DNA from: Octopus bimaculoides
Lineage: Eukaryota
Assembly (NCBI RefSeq): GCF_001194135.2
Contig: NC_068996.1
Coordinates: 54,301,242-54,365,241 of the forward strand
Length of the DNA stretch: 64,000 nucleotides
Reading direction: 5' to 3'
A model generated the notes under the pieces. It was not told the origin of the DNA. It worked only from the letters and a program-made list of their open reading frames with translations, and searched no databases. Shown here one piece after another: positions 49,759-64,000 of this stretch. Numbering within the stretch: position 1 is the stretch's first letter; each line of letters begins with the position of its first letter. The translations under genes were made by a program, and so were the position numbers.

Positions 49759-52749
49759 GTAACTATTTTAACAGTTTCATGTCTATAAAATATAGATTTA
49801 TTAAATGTATTCTATGATTGTCGTATCGATTTTAATGCTCACACTTGATTCAGTGTAATAATGTTGTAACATTTCATATTGGTTCCTATGTTTTTAAAAC
49901 ATCGATTCAATTTAAAACAATTAATATACCCATTTGCAATCGGTAACAAGTCGTAACGTACATTGTGTGCAATGTCCAATTCGGTTATGTTTGAAAACTA
50001 CTGCAGTTTCAATGAAGTTCAAGTATCTATTACAGGTAGATCATAAACATGGATTACAAGAATATTCTAAATAGTAGCGAAAATAATGTTCTATAAAGAA
50101 GTTGTTTAATATTCAGATATAAGAGAATACAGAATCAAGGCTGCCCCCGGACTGCAGTACTATTATTACTATTACTACTAATAATAATGATGTTACTAGT
50201 ACTAATATTACAAATACTACTAAACTGCTTTTAATCTTTCTTTACAATGAAACGCAGAAAACATCCTAGTTTTCAGCATGATCATGTAATTTATTCTACA
50301 TAAACAATTTAATTACTCACCAATGTTCGTTTAACCGTTGTACAGAGACTGATCAACTAACAACCGAATTGAAAATGCTTCATTATTCGCATAGCGTTAA
50401 CTAAAACTGCACTTTTGATGTTGACAGTAGTATAAGAAATCGGGGTATGTTCTTTCTATTCCTTTTGGAAAATATGAATATTTCGGTTGAGTAAAAGTTT
50501 TAACCAACTCAAAATAATACTCTTTCGGTTTATTAGAGTTTTCCTTTTGTCAAATTTACACCAATGTGAACATTTATCTAACACTGGTTCCATTAAAGCG
50601 CGTTTTCTATGTCTGTTCGTCAATACTTATTGGTATCATAATGGCGAGCTAGAAGAAACTTTGGTTGAACTTCAAAATTTTCGAAACTTGGCAATAATTT
50701 TGATACCTGTATTGTGGTATAGAATGTATTCCCACAATTTTAATTCGCGGTTTTAAATATATTCATTTAATATACCCTATAAACATTTTATGCATATATA
50801 TTCAATGTTTTTATAATTTAGTTATTCGTGTCACATATTTAAACAGCAATTAAGATAGAAAGAAATTTCGGTGATTCTCATTTGTTTTAATGTAGATTTA
50901 CACTTCTTTAAGCTGCGTTCAGAATTTGCTCCTAAAGTGATTCGTATATATCGCAGTCTTTCATTAAAACTGTTCGCCAAATAGAAAGATTTCCAACGCT
51001 ATAATTATAATTTCATCTCGTGTGTATGTGTTAAATAAATAATTATATCGCTTTAACCACGCCAAGTGACGATAGTGATTCAATCGAGTTTCACTGCACG
51101 AATAAGTTTTTTTATGTACTTTAGTCATAATCAATTTTTTTCTATTTAGCAATGGAAAAATCCAGAGTTAACTCACAGTTTATATGTTTTCTAAATAAAA
51201 GGTCTTTGCGAAGAATTTTAGTCCTTAACACTTCTGATGTCTTGCTTTATATATTATATATGAAAATATCAATTAGCAATTCGTGGAAAAATATAAGAAT
51301 CTATATTACCTGCTTATTAAACAGGTTACAGGTGTGATTTTGTTAAATTTGTATGTGATTATATTGTAATATTGCTACTTCCAAGGTTGCGTATAAGTGT
51401 GAATGTTTGTGCGTACGTTATTTTGCATAAATACCGACATTTTCAAATGATTAAGTACACTATAATTACCAATTTTTAATATCCGTATAAAGAAAACATT
51501 ATAAAAGGCAGAACAGGGCTCTTGCTGGAAGACGAATTTGTCTGTGTGTATCTAGTTTCTCTTACATTATGCGCTTCCCTACGTAAATATTTATTATGAA
51601 CAAATATATAAAACTTACATGTTTCGTACCTAGTAAGGTCGACTGTTGGGTTTCCCTTAAAACTCAGCGATTCTCTTCGACAATCTTTTTTAGGGTTCTT
51701 CACTGTCATGCTTCACATCGCTTTACATTCAATTCCAAATCGTCTTTTCTTACTGGCTTGACAACACTTATTCTTTTGTTTGTTACTTTGATTGAGTCTA
51801 TATTAAGGATATATTAATACTCTACAATATGCAAGACGATATAATGCTACTACGAGTTTGTTAGACTGTTGACACGATTTGATCTCTCTAAACCGTTCGA
51901 AACACTTTTATAAAAATGGCTCCATTGCACCATCTTTTGTATTTTTTCTATTTCTTTTCTTTTCTTTTTTTTTTGTCTATTCTGTTTCCTTTAATTATAT
52001 CACCCGCTTGTCTCTCCGAGTCAAATATTTCTTCACCTGCAATCAATAGAATCGATACACTCGACATTCTTTTAGAAAAAACCTTGTTAGTCGTATGAGA
52101 ACGAGGATGGACCCCAAGAGCCAATCACAATTCACTGTGTTAACGGAAAGAAAAATTACAAGAGATATTTGTACCATTGGGTATTACTCATCTGTCACTA
52201 TTCCAACAAGAGAAATTTTCTAATATTAACACCAGGATTCGAAGAGATGCGTATGTGCAGGCATAAAAGTACTAATTCTTGTAAAACAACTTTTTCATAC
52301 ACCTTTACAACTTTGGCTCTAATGAATTGTTGCTTGTCTGAAATTTTTCTAGAGTATTCTGCATTTCATAGAGCATCGTTGCAGCAATCTGTCGCTTCTT
52401 ATGTCTTCACAATATGAAACTATATTTTAATTGAACTTATAAGTATACTGAGTATGCTTAGATAGCCATTCGTTCAGAATCGATAGATGTACCCCATGTG
52501 CTCTAAACGGATGTTCTTACTTCCGTATTTTGTGATTCGCGTTTCAGCACAGCGTTGTTAGCCTCTATTTTAACTCTCTTAGATATGGATATATACAGAA
52601 CATCGTTTCTTTTATTGGAAACTTGCAAACAAATGACTTCATCTCAGGTTGTGTACTGAATCAGAAGCAATTATATTGTGGAAGAGACACGTTGGCAATT
52701 TAAAAACACTTCCTTAAACAACTCGTATAAACAAAAAAAATCTGTCCTA

Positions 52750-52983
<234 letters not shown>

Positions 52984-53356
52984 GCTAAAGTCTTAAATTA
53001 ATCCACCGTATCGCACCAATGATAACAGAGAAAAACAGTATGCGAGGAAAACGGAAAGAATTGATACATTTAACAGCACAAAATAAAATATTATGCAGCT
53101 TAGGACATCCACATACCCAGGTTTCAGCTTTTGGATATTTAATCCTTGAGCCTCTTCAGTATGAACTACCCGGTAAGAATTCACGAACATCACGTTAAAC
53201 TCTGACGGGCAACTGGTTTTGTTTTGCGCCAAAAACAGAGCACACTGTGTAGAAAAATCATAAGCAAAAGATTCAAACACCAAGATTTGAAATAAGATGT
53301 CTCTACTGTTAATATCATCTGTGGGTAAAGTTCAAAAGTTATGATATCCCCAGCAG

Positions 53357-53452
53357 TCGTTGGTCGGCCTGTGGCTATAGTAAAAGACACTTGCTCAAGG
53401 AGCCACTCAGTGAGACTGAACCCGGTACCACGTGGTTGGGAAGCTAACCTCT
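53357..53452 (-). mobile_element. SINE family 1, 5' fragment
   Basis: Reverse complement matches cttcccaaccacgtggtaccgggttcagtctcactgagtggctccttgagcaagtgtc. Confidence 0.7.
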
Positions 53453-53835
53453 TTTCTTAAAGATTTCAATATATCCACAAATGGAATCACCAAACCATTA
53501 CACAATAACGAAACATGTTCAGGGATATATATTTCATACAATCATCGGAACTTTATATGATGCCAAAAAGGTTGGTAATATATCGATATCCTTTTTATCG
53601 ATATGCTAATAATGAAAACTATTGCTAACTCTCGATAAGTTATGTGCGCATGTGTATGTGTGCATGTATGTAAGTGTGTGTGTACCCGTGTGTATGTGTG
53701 CGTGTACCCGTGTGTGTACCCGTGTGTGTATGTGTGTGTGTATATGTATGTGCGCATGTGTGTGTATGCGTGTGTGCATGTGTGTTTGTGTGTGTGTATG
53801 TGTGTGTGTGCGCGCATGTGTGTGTGTATGTCTGT

Positions 53836-53867
<32 letters not shown>

Positions 53868-53870
53868 TAA

Positions 53871-54110
53871 GGTGCATGGCCAAGTGGTAAGCGTGTTCAA
53901 CTCAAGGTTTAGATTCCCGGACAGATTGTTCATTATGTTCTTGAGCAAGACGCTTCACTTCACATTGCTCCGGTCTACTCAGCTGCGAATGAGTGACCCT
54001 GCAACAGACTGACTTCCCATTATTTTCACCTTGACAGCTGCGTGGCATCATTCGAAAGTTAAAGTATGGAGCGCATCGTGCGACCAGCTGTGTATAAGAA
54101 CGTTCGATAA
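53871..54110 (+). mobile_element. tRNA-head SINE with CORE-like central segment
   Basis: Head tggccaagtggtaagc...gattccc followed by ttcttgagcaagacgcttcacttcacattgctccggtctactcagctg. Confidence 0.55.
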
Positions 54111-55457
54111 TGTGTTGTATACAATGATACAACGATACATATGTATATATATATATATATGCATGTGTGTATGCGTGTATGTGATACAATGATGTGTGTT
54201 TCTGTTGGCTTGCTCAACCGAACTTCCTTTCCCCTGTCAACAACTTATCCATCTTGAAGGGCTAGGAGGTTAAGTACCCTACGCTCATTTGTGGCCCACA
54301 TTTGCGATACTTCATATGGTTAAAATGGAAGACTAAAATTATTGCTAAACACAATCACATTGTCTATAACAATTACGTCGATAACGTACTCAATGTGACA
54401 GATACAAAAATCACGAAAATAATTCCATTTTAAAATTTATCTTCCAAAAGAACTCTAGTATAAATTTAGCCGCAATACCATCTCGTCCTTATATATAAAC
54501 ATTGGAAAAACAGACAATAAACATAGTACGTCATCACACACACACACACACACACATGCGCGCACACACACACACAAATACACACAAGCACACACACATA
54601 ATACCAGTTGCATATACATGCACGAGGTTAATGAGTGTTCCCATAGATACGAATTATCTATAATCACATTCCTTCTTAGACGATCTTTTTTTTATTCTCG
54701 TCTACTAAAGAGGTTTTAAATGAGGAAATCTTAAAAGTAAAACAAACATTAGTTAGTAATGGGTACCTGAATAGATTAGAAGACAAAGCTGCAGAACAAT
54801 ACAAAAACAAATTCTCCCAAACATGATGCAACAGATGCAATATCCAGTAACAAAAACACACATACACACAAAAACAAACACATATTATACTACATAAATC
54901 AAACATACCCTGGTTACAAAATGAATGAACATTTCATTATAAAACTCATAAACCACTATACATGTATCATATCTAAGCACAAATTCAGAATAAATTACAA
55001 AAACTCAATGACGGAGAAAAAAAATCTTCTCAGCATGACACCACGATCTTACAAGCAATCAAACGTTAGTCTGACAAACAATGTAATATGCAAATTTCAA
55101 TGCAAACGTGAAAATTGTATACTTCACGATTCAAACTGTAACATCAGCAGATAAGTGCAATACTTTCACGTTGGTTTTGCCAAATATTTTCAACAACGCG
55201 AATGGCAACGCGTTATACGAGAATAACACGGATTATGAAAGAAAATCAAAATATAAAAAACGCTATTTTACAGTTTCACGTCTTATACAGAACTCCACAA
55301 GAAGAGAATGACCCTGGAAACTTTAATAGCAATATATCGACCCAAAATTGGTTCTAGAGACGGAACATGCCAAGCAGAGAATGGAATCAGTGAATCAGGC
55401 AGGAGTATTACTGCTAGCCAACAGTAGGACACGATCAGCATGTCCATACAATGTATA

Positions 55458-55510
<53 letters not shown>

Positions 55511-55526
55511 AGAGAGGGGGAGAGAG

Positions 55527-55800
55527 AGAAGGCGTATGGCCCAGTGATTAGGGTGTTGCATTCACGATCGAGAAATCGTGGATTCGATTCACAGTTCGGG
55601 CAGTGTGTTGTATTCATCAGCAAAATGCTTAATTTTGCGTTGCCCTGCATGACACACAGACAATGTCAATTTGATGGAGGGACTGAGCTAACGTGCAACA
55701 AAACACATTTGATCATTATAGACAAATCATTTGATGTTGTTGATCAACATGAAATTGTGGAACCCTCATCCGTTGTTTAACGACGGGACAGCTTATAACA
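55527..55800 (+). mobile_element. tRNA-head SINE related to family 3, with a different middle
   Basis: Head ggcgtatggcccagtgattaggg...ggattcgattc; 3' part tggaaccctca...acgacgg shared with 29471-29861. Confidence 0.6.
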
Positions 55801-55984
55801 TACATACACAAACATGCAAACATACATACATTCACGCATACATACATACAAGCATACATACATACATAGATACATACATACATACATACATACACATACA
55901 TACATACATACATACATACATACATACATACATACATACATACATACATACATACGTCATACATGCATATATACATGAACAGTA

Positions 55985-56395
55985 ATTGTTCCATCTTCAC
56001 TGTCAACTGCATATCTAACTTTCCGTCCATGAACTATCAGATGACTGTTCAGTCTCGTTGTAGATTTGCTTGGTTTGAAGCAAAAATGATAGGCGAAAGT
56101 TGTAACTTACTGCGCGCTTCCAACTGGTTAGGTCTGCACTCGTCACCACTCTTCTATTGAGAAAGGACTTTCAGTAGTTGGGATGACAAATGAGGTCGCC
56201 ATAAAGAGACATCTGTACATCATTGCAATATAGTGACAAACGTTTGTACAACGCGTATATCACTCTCTGGATCTCTGTGATTAGCGCCTCGTGACAGTCC
56301 TAAGCAAAATCGCCAGCAACTACGTGAAACTGCTGGTTTTACATGAACGTCCCTCTCCTAGAAGGATGTTGCGACAGTTGCTAGGGTTCCCTCAC
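55985..56395. repeat. Dispersed repeat copy 2 (see 24085-24520)
   Basis: Direct alignment by eye. Confidence 0.9.
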
Positions 56396-56559
56396 TCCTT
56401 GTTGTTTTTCTGTACGCCCTGACACCCACCATTTCTGTGTCCCTGTGCTGAGATGGATCGCCATCACATATGTTAGTTAAACTACAGCTGTGATCCTGAC
56501 AAGTGTTTCTATTCTGGGTCAGTTGCAGACCTGAAAACAATAGTGACTAAGAGGTGGTT

Positions 56560-57000
56560 CCACGCTCCTGAAAACCTTTGCATTTCTGAACCAGGACCCA
56601 CAACCGGATGCAATTGAAAAAACTGGAGCAACATTTTATATTCAGAACTGGAACCATGGTACCGATATTTCTCTCTCGCTCCTTCGTCCCTCCGTATACT
56701 GTGATAAGGTTTTATTTTTAGACTTCCTCTCATTTTAATTTTTCTCTTAAGGTACCCCCACAAGCTTCTCTCCCGCTTTTTATTTATCTTTCCTTCTATC
56801 TCTTTCACATAGTTTCGTTCTCCTAATATTTCCACTTCATGTATCCATTCTCGCATTGATTTGCGTTCCCTATCAGTTGCTCCCAGCCACTAAAACGTAG
56901 ATGCAAATTACTTCTGTATTTCTTTGTTCTCTCTGTATTCTTAGCTCTGAAGAAAGGCACTGCCCGTAAGGTCATAAACTTCGCTTTCACATGGCAATAT
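56560..57000 (+). mobile_element. Penelope-like remnant: GIY-YIG C-terminal motif and possible decayed hammerhead
   Basis: RMQLKKLEQHFIFRTGTMVP resembles the R..E..FIF.LGTL.P end of Penelope endonucleases; ctgaagaaagg at about 56947. Confidence 0.4.
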
Positions 57001-58171
57001 TACTTCAAACTCCTTGTCATTTTTGCTAAATAATATAAGCCTTGCCAACGCAGACTACCACGAGTCTTCTTCAGTTCTCTTATAAAAATATGTGTATGTG
57101 TAAATTATATACATATATACATAAACACATGCATATATACATATATGATAAAGCATGTATGTACGTACGAGCGTATGTATATATGTATGTATGTATGTCC
57201 GGGTGATTTTTCACTAAAAATAAAAGGATAGAGTTTGGACAAAAGCTAAATTGTCTTTTTAATAGATTTTTCTATGTGTCATTTATAGAATCTTGAATTC
57301 CTTATTTTTCTGGTGGTTCTGAGTAGATATTGGTCTGTAATTTCATGAATCGCATCTGAGATTTAGACCCATGGCTAGAATTTGATCAGGACCAATGTTG
57401 CTGGTGAATTGAAATCTCTGATAATGCAGACTTAAACATATATTTTGTGCGGAAGGTAACATTCTTATCAGAATTTGGTACCAGACACATTTCTTCAATG
57501 TTCATTAGAAGACACTGATTATGCCTTTTGCCGTTCCTATGCATTTGTATGGTGTTCGATACCGAGAAATGGTCATTAGAGTTATATTCGCTGTTTCTGG
57601 TTTGTCTTGACACTTTTTAGGAATCTCCTGGCTTGCTGTGACAGGTTGCATAAATTTTTTAGCATTTCAAAAAAATTACCTTTCAAAGTAAACATGTTTA
57701 TCTTTTTTCACGTGACATTTGTAATTCAAGCAGTCTTCTGAAGAGCACATTTTACTTGACTCTATTATTTTATTTTACAACTGTTTTGTGATTAATAAGG
57801 TACTGCAAAATCCATTAACGTATTTTCGTCTTTTGGTAATAATTATTATAAATAATTCTTTCAGACTTTATGGCAAGTGAACGCTTTTCTTGTTTCTTTG
57901 TATTACAACACATATCTGACGGAGACTTTCAATTCTAATTAGTTTCTTTGGATCTATTTTACTGCTTAAATTTCGATGTATAACGTCACTCTAAAAATGT
58001 TAATACGATCCACATCCAAAACTTTACTTCTGTACTTTAGTGATATTATTTTCAGTGTCCACTTGGTTCCATTCCCTTCATTATTCATTACTTCGCCATT
58101 ACTAAACTCCACGTCACATCTCTGAGCACGGCACGTTTTCTCTCACTTTCTTTTTCTCCTCTCCTCCTCTC

Positions 58172-58241
<70 letters not shown>

Positions 58242-60961
58242 TCACAACACACGCACAGATACATACTCGCTCACTCACTCCAGCGGCTTAAATAGATTTA
58301 CACGTAGTCGTTAGTTGCCGTATAACATGTCGCTTACGCTTTCTTTTGTTCTACTGAATAAATATTGAATTCTCCTGACACATTTATCTCAATTTTCAAG
58401 TCATACATAAACAATCTTTTATCACTTAATTGTCTACCAAATAATATATATTCTTGGGTATTCCCTTGATAATCCCATCACTTCAAATCCAGCTACTCTA
58501 AATTGAACCACATTTATCACAGTCTTCCACATAAACAACTATACAGATTATCGCTAGATTTTTATCTAATAATTCTAGCCTGAACACATTATCCATTCAG
58601 ATATTGATTTCAACTGAAATCCATGTTATATAGTTTTCGCACCTAGGAATTACATTGTTCTACCTGAAACCTTTCAGTAAGGTTCATGTGCTTCCATTTA
58701 CCTAACCGATCCATTTTCACCACCTTTTCTGTTTCATACATAATTTACAAACACTATAACACAATATAGTATCATAAATAGTTTTCATTATGATATCTAT
58801 TCTAATATAAGTACAAATACACAAATTTTATAGGAGGGATATACTTGATTATAACGACATTAGTATTTGACTGCTACATATTGACATAGGGGAGATATCA
58901 TATCTATTTTTCGAATTTGTTGTTACAAATGCAGATCCTAAAGGAACGTGCAGTATTTTAATATTTGTGTCGTCGAAACGTCAAATTTTCTTACTATCTG
59001 TTACTTTAAAATCCTTTCCAAACCAAATTCTGACTGGAAATTATCTCCTTCAGGAATTTTTTTGTTTTTGTGGCCTGTTTTTGTTTCTGTCTACGTAAAA
59101 ATATTCTCAGTGTTGACCAGCGTTTAAACATTGTCTTCTAAGCCCAAGCTCATAATCTTGTGACTACAGTCATACAATTATGATAAGCAAGGTTCAAAAT
59201 TAACTTCATGGTAAACATAGAAAACTACAACCAGGTTTTTTTGTGAATTTTGCCATTACTCTAATTTACACTGGTATCCCTTGATAGATCCTATCTCACG
59301 AGCTCTTATCTCACTAACTCCAATCTCTTACGTTATTCCAATCAGATTCGTGTCTTGCGTACTTCGCCAAAATTCATGTAAAAAAATTGCAAAGTATTCC
59401 AACAAATAATCACTCTGTAGTTCTCTCATTCAAGTTTCATTATTTGGGAAGCAGAACGGTCCAACTCTGTAATATCCACTTCAAGGAAGCACGTGAATAA
59501 AAATAATTTACTTTCTTATAAGGTGAATTACTTCCAATCTGAGACTGAAATGCTTCACTAAATGAATATTTTTCATACTGATTGCTTCCTTTATACATTC
59601 AAACAATGCTTTTGTCCATTCATAACGATTTCCATGTAAATTTTCTCTTCGATACGACAGTCCATAATTTTAACTTACGTATGCCTGACCTCAAGACACC
59701 TGCATGATTTATAATATTCACACAGTATCCTTGAAGAAAGAGTAATTCATTAAACTCTACGGCTATTTTCGATGGAATCCTTCTTTGCGTAAAATTAAGA
59801 TGGTTTCCGAATATCAAATAAAGAGAATTTTAAGGTCAATTTTTTTCCAAAAGTTTTTTAAAATTATTTTGCATACAGATGTAGTTTTGTTTAATAAAAA
59901 TATATTCATATATTTTGGAACATTATATAACGCAAACAATGAAACATTTTGTTGAAAACTTCTTTTCAGAATTTACATATTTGAACCAATTCCTTACAGA
60001 TCTTTTGATTTATTCAAAAAATAGAGTATTTCCTTCCATAATTTGTCTTTATATTTCTTAACTAATAACAATACCTTTAAAACAGCAAATTCATACTGAA
60101 ATATTCACCAAGGTAAAGCATGTCTAAAAACTGATACTCTTAATATATTTGAAGATGTATATGAAAGAGACTATGTTTTGATGGATAAGTGTTTTAAGCA
60201 TAGACTCAGTGTGATGGCAACGATTGGGCAGAAATCGCTAAACTCTCAGTTGTATACCTCAATTAACTCGGATATCTACGCAGACAAAGATCAATTATTA
60301 ATACATCAATAAATTCATCGAAATGAGATTATAATTGCTAGTATTGACAGTTAATATGAATGACAATGTTATAGGGTTCCATCGAATCGATTTTGATTTA
60401 TATCAGCTTAAGCTTAATATTAAATATTAATTAAAATAAGCATAGAATTCACATAATGGATAAGTAAAGAACTGTAATTTACTTAAATTTTGCAGCTGAT
60501 ATTTTGCCGTTAGGTATGTAAATAAAAATATATTTTAGCATGATAAAAATTCAAAATAAGGCAATTTTTTCATGTAGAGTCATCGCCAGCGGGCATATTC
60601 TGAATGATGATAAAATCTTACAATATAATGTGTTATCGCAGCTTATGTTTGTACTTCAAAAGATATTTATTATTTCATGTTTTCTTTAATTCATGTGACG
60701 TAAATACTTGTAAGCTTAATACAGGAAAGCTAGAAAATATAAACCTAATTTCAAATGTTTAAAGAAGCGTTTAAATGGTAGAAATTATGTTTATCTTCTC
60801 TGAAATTACAAACAATAAATAGTCAATTTTGTGGGTTATTTTTTTTTTTATCAAACGCATGATTCTCGCTTATCCAAAACACCTCAGATTTAATGACGAA
60901 CGTTTGAGATTATGAGATATTCAGGTTCCTCTCAAGATTACGGGAAACACTTCACTTTAGA

Positions 60962-61120
60962 CGGAGGCATGTTTGTGTGGTACGAAGTTCTCTTCCCAAG
61001 CACACGGTTTCGGGTTCAGTCCCACTATACGGCACCTTGCGCAAGTATCTTTTACTAGAGCACTGGGTAGGCTGAAACCTTGAGAATTTGATAGACTGGA
61101 ACTGAAAGAAGCTCGTCGTA
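60962..61120 (+). mobile_element. SINE family 1, 5' half
   Basis: ggaggcatgtttgtgtggtacgaag...gggttcagtcccac...gaaagaagctcgtcgta. Confidence 0.7.
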
Positions 61121-61123
61121 TGA

Positions 61124-61155
<32 letters not shown>

Positions 61156-61860
61156 TATTCATTTAAAATATAGAGATGCCTATAATAGGACATCTAACCC
61201 GCTAGAAAGAGCAGCAAAACACTCTATACCACAAAAATAGGGATAATTTCGAAAGAGAATGAAAAATAAAAACATTTTTACCAGTCTATACTCTGTACCA
61301 TGGTTTCAAGCTATTTAGCAAGATAAAAATATATCTAACTCGGGAGCTTTCGTCAGCAGAGTTCCGGATTAGCGTGTAAACATGAGCCAAGGAAAGAAAC
61401 TGACTCGAGTTTACAAGCTTAATTTCTCAAAAATTAACCACGCATGTGCGCATTAACTAATCAGCAGTAAATGTAAGACAAATGCCGATTTTCTTTCAGA
61501 AATTAGCCAAAAAATATAATATCATTANNNNNNNNNNNNNNNNNNNNNNNNNNNNNNNNNNNNNNNNNNNNNNNNNNNNNNNNNNNNNNNNNNNNNNNNN
61601 NNNNNNNNNNNNNNNNNNNNNNNNNNNNNNNNNNNNNNNNNNNNNNNNNNNNNNNNNNNNNNNNNNNNNNNNNNNNNNNNNNNNNNNNNNNNNNNNNNNN
61701 NNNNNNNNNNNNNNNNNNNNNNNNNNNNNNNNNNNNNNNNNNNNNNNNNNNNNNNNNNNNNNNNNNNNNNNNNNNNNNNNNNNNNNNNNNNNNNNNNNNN
61801 NNNNNNNNNNNNNNNNNNNNNNNNNNNNNNNNNNNNNTATATATATATATATATATATAT

Positions 61861-62075
61861 GTATGTTTGTCTGTGTATGTACCCCACTACCACTTGACAA
61901 CAGTTGTTGATTTGCTTATTTCTCGTAACTTAGCGACTCAGCACAAGAGTCCAATAGAAAAAGTATCAGGTTTTAAAATAAGAACTTGGGTCAATTTGTT
62001 CGACTAAACTCTTCAAAGCAGTGCCCCAATATGACCGCAGCCCAAGACTAAAACAAGTAAAAGATAAAAGAAAAG
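61861..62075 (+). mobile_element. SINE family 1, 3' half
   Basis: cttgacaac...gtaacttagcg...ggggtcaatttgttcgactaaa...aaacaagtaaaaga. Confidence 0.7.
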
Positions 62076-62279
62076 ATTTGAATGAACATCGAAAATTTCT
62101 CTGGACTAGGATCATTGGAAGCACAACTTTAGCGCAAATAACAATCATTTCAAGTTTGTAACATCTGCCAAAAACAATGTAGGAACTTGAAAAAATAAGT
62201 TGCACCATTTAGCAATCACTTATAAATATTTCTTTCTTCTGGGCATCCAAAGACAATATTATTTATTGTTTCTTCTCCA

Positions 62280-64000
62280 TCACCACATTCTGCAGCTATT
62301 GTATTTCTTTTCATTATGTGTTTTTTGGTAATTTCTGGTGGGGAGGCTTTGGTTTTGTACTACAATTAAAAATTCTTCAGTCTCTGCTTTGAGTTCTGAG
62401 CTTCTCAGCCATTGTTGGGATTTTGCTTTGTCTATTTCTTTTCTGTTTAATTTAACTCATTATTTGCCATGAAGAGGCTTTTCTTGCTATCGTTTTATCA
62501 TGACCCGTTGCTATTCCAGTTTTAGTTTGGATTTCAGTTGTTTTACAGCTTTTGTCGTTTCTTCTTTTTCTTCATAGTTGTTTTTTTAATTTGTCAGCTT
62601 CCTTAAAGACAGAAAGCAGTTTTTTGTTTTGTTCGTGTTCTGTGGCTATTTGTATCAGTTTTCTTTGTTTCTTAAGTAGGTATTTCTGTAATCCTATGGT
62701 CGTTATTTTCTAATAGTTTTCTAGCTGTATAAGACCTCTATCACCCCCGATACGTTGTAGATATAACCTTTGTATGTCAGATTTTGGATGGTCCATCCTA
62801 AATCCTGTCCTTATTTTTCTTGTTTTCCCGTCTATTTTGATTAGTTCATTTAGAGTCTAGTTAAGAATACTGTAGCTGTAACTTATAAGTGAAACGGATA
62901 GAGTGTTAATACCCATTATCTTGTTTTTTGCATTGACCTCTGTTTTCCGTATTAATCTAACCCATCTGTATTATTCATTTCTTATTTGTGTGTGTTGTAT
63001 TGTATCTAGTTCATTGATTCCTAAATATTTGTATGTCTGGCTTTTGTGTAATTCTCTTATTTCATTTGCTTTATCTAGTGTAATGTTTTTCTTCACTAAA
63101 TTTCCTCTTTTCAAGGTTGCTTCGGCACATTTTTCTTCGCCAAATTTCATGTTTATTTCTTTGGTAAATCCATGTACTGCCTATTGTAATGTTTTCAGCT
63201 GTTTATCTTTCGCAGCGTACAGTTTTAGATTATCTATATACAAGAGATGGTCGATTATTTTGCCGTTATAGTTGTGTCCACATCCAGTTTTGTTTAGCAA
63301 GTGAGATAAGGGTGTCGGCGCCAAGCAAAAAGGGATTGGAGAGAGCGTGTCTCCCTGGAATATTCCTCTTCTAATAGGGAATGCTTTGGTTTTTAAGAGT
63401 CCCTCAGTTGTCTGTCGCTGAAGCATTGTTTGCCTCTTATTCATGGAATGTTTTATTTATTCTATGATTATGGATGCTACCTTGTTCATGGCTAGTATTT
63501 CTAGGATCCATGTGTGGGGAATATTATCAAAAGCCATTTGACAATCGATCCAAGCTATACTTAGACTTTCTTTTCCTATGGCTGTCTTCAGTTATGGCTT
63601 TATTGATCAATAGCTGATCTTCACATTTGTATGAGCCCTTTCAGCTTCCTTTCTGTTCTTCTGGAAACAGGTTGTTTTCTTCCAGATATTTGCCCATTAT
63701 CTGCGATATCATTGCAGTAAAGACTTGGTAAATTGTCGGGAGAGAAGTTATCGGTCTGTAATTTTGTGGGTTTGCCGGTTCCGTGGATTTGAGAACTAGG
63801 ATAGTAGTCCCTTTCGTGAACCATTCAGGCATTGTCTATGGCTTGTATTTCATTAAATTTCTCAGTCAGCATTTTATGTATTCTTCTTAAATATTTTAAC
63901 CAGAATTTGGGAATCTTTTCGCGCCCGAGTGCCTTCTAGTTGCTTTGTTTTTGCAGTGCCTGGGTGACCTCCTCTTCAGTTGTTATAGGAGTCCAGGTTT
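62280..64000 (-). mobile_element. Degenerate R4/Dong-like RT, runs off the window end
   Basis: PEWFTKGTTIL..NYRPITSLPTIY..PEEQKG, IRRGIFQGDTLSP, HLLYIDNLKLYA, LYLQRIGGDRGL-like region. Confidence 0.85.

Noticed and set aside
49363-49788. Treating the ATG at 49363 as a start codon and reading to 49788
   Set aside because: The ATG follows a splice acceptor, and similarity ends at the aag|gtaact donor; this is an internal exon.
51318-51340. acag|gttacag|gtgtga as a 7-nt microexon, and ttataag|gtgaat at about 59522 as a recursive site
   Set aside because: Weak pyrimidine tracts, frame-breaking length, and expected by chance.

Overview
AT-rich, microsatellite-dense animal genomic DNA with 11 N-gaps. 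The repeat families (tRNA-head SINEs, R4/Dong-like, CR1-like and RTE-like LINE remnants) suggest an octopus/coleoid genome; this is inference, not a database result. The window is almost entirely intronic sequence of a + strand ether-a-go-go (eag/Kv10, KCNH1/5-type) potassium channel gene. Two coding exons are clear: 43750-43874 (post-PAS linker) and 49363-49758 (S1-S3). A 30-nt candidate microexon at 17058-17087 has exactly the phase needed to splice onto the first. The PAS exons and the S4-onward exons were not found. The most unusual structures are: (i) a 4-kb stack at 44240-48350 of R4/Dong-like RLE retrotransposon pieces plus three copies of a ~550-bp non-coding element, nearly all bounded by (TAA)n arrays; (ii) four long inverted repeats inside the eag pre-mRNA, including a 309-bp near-perfect palindrome and a foldback-like element with ~415-bp TIRs and a 6-bp TSD; (iii) a 3' tail shared between the CR1-like LINE and the commonest SINE. 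All identities and alignments were done by eye.
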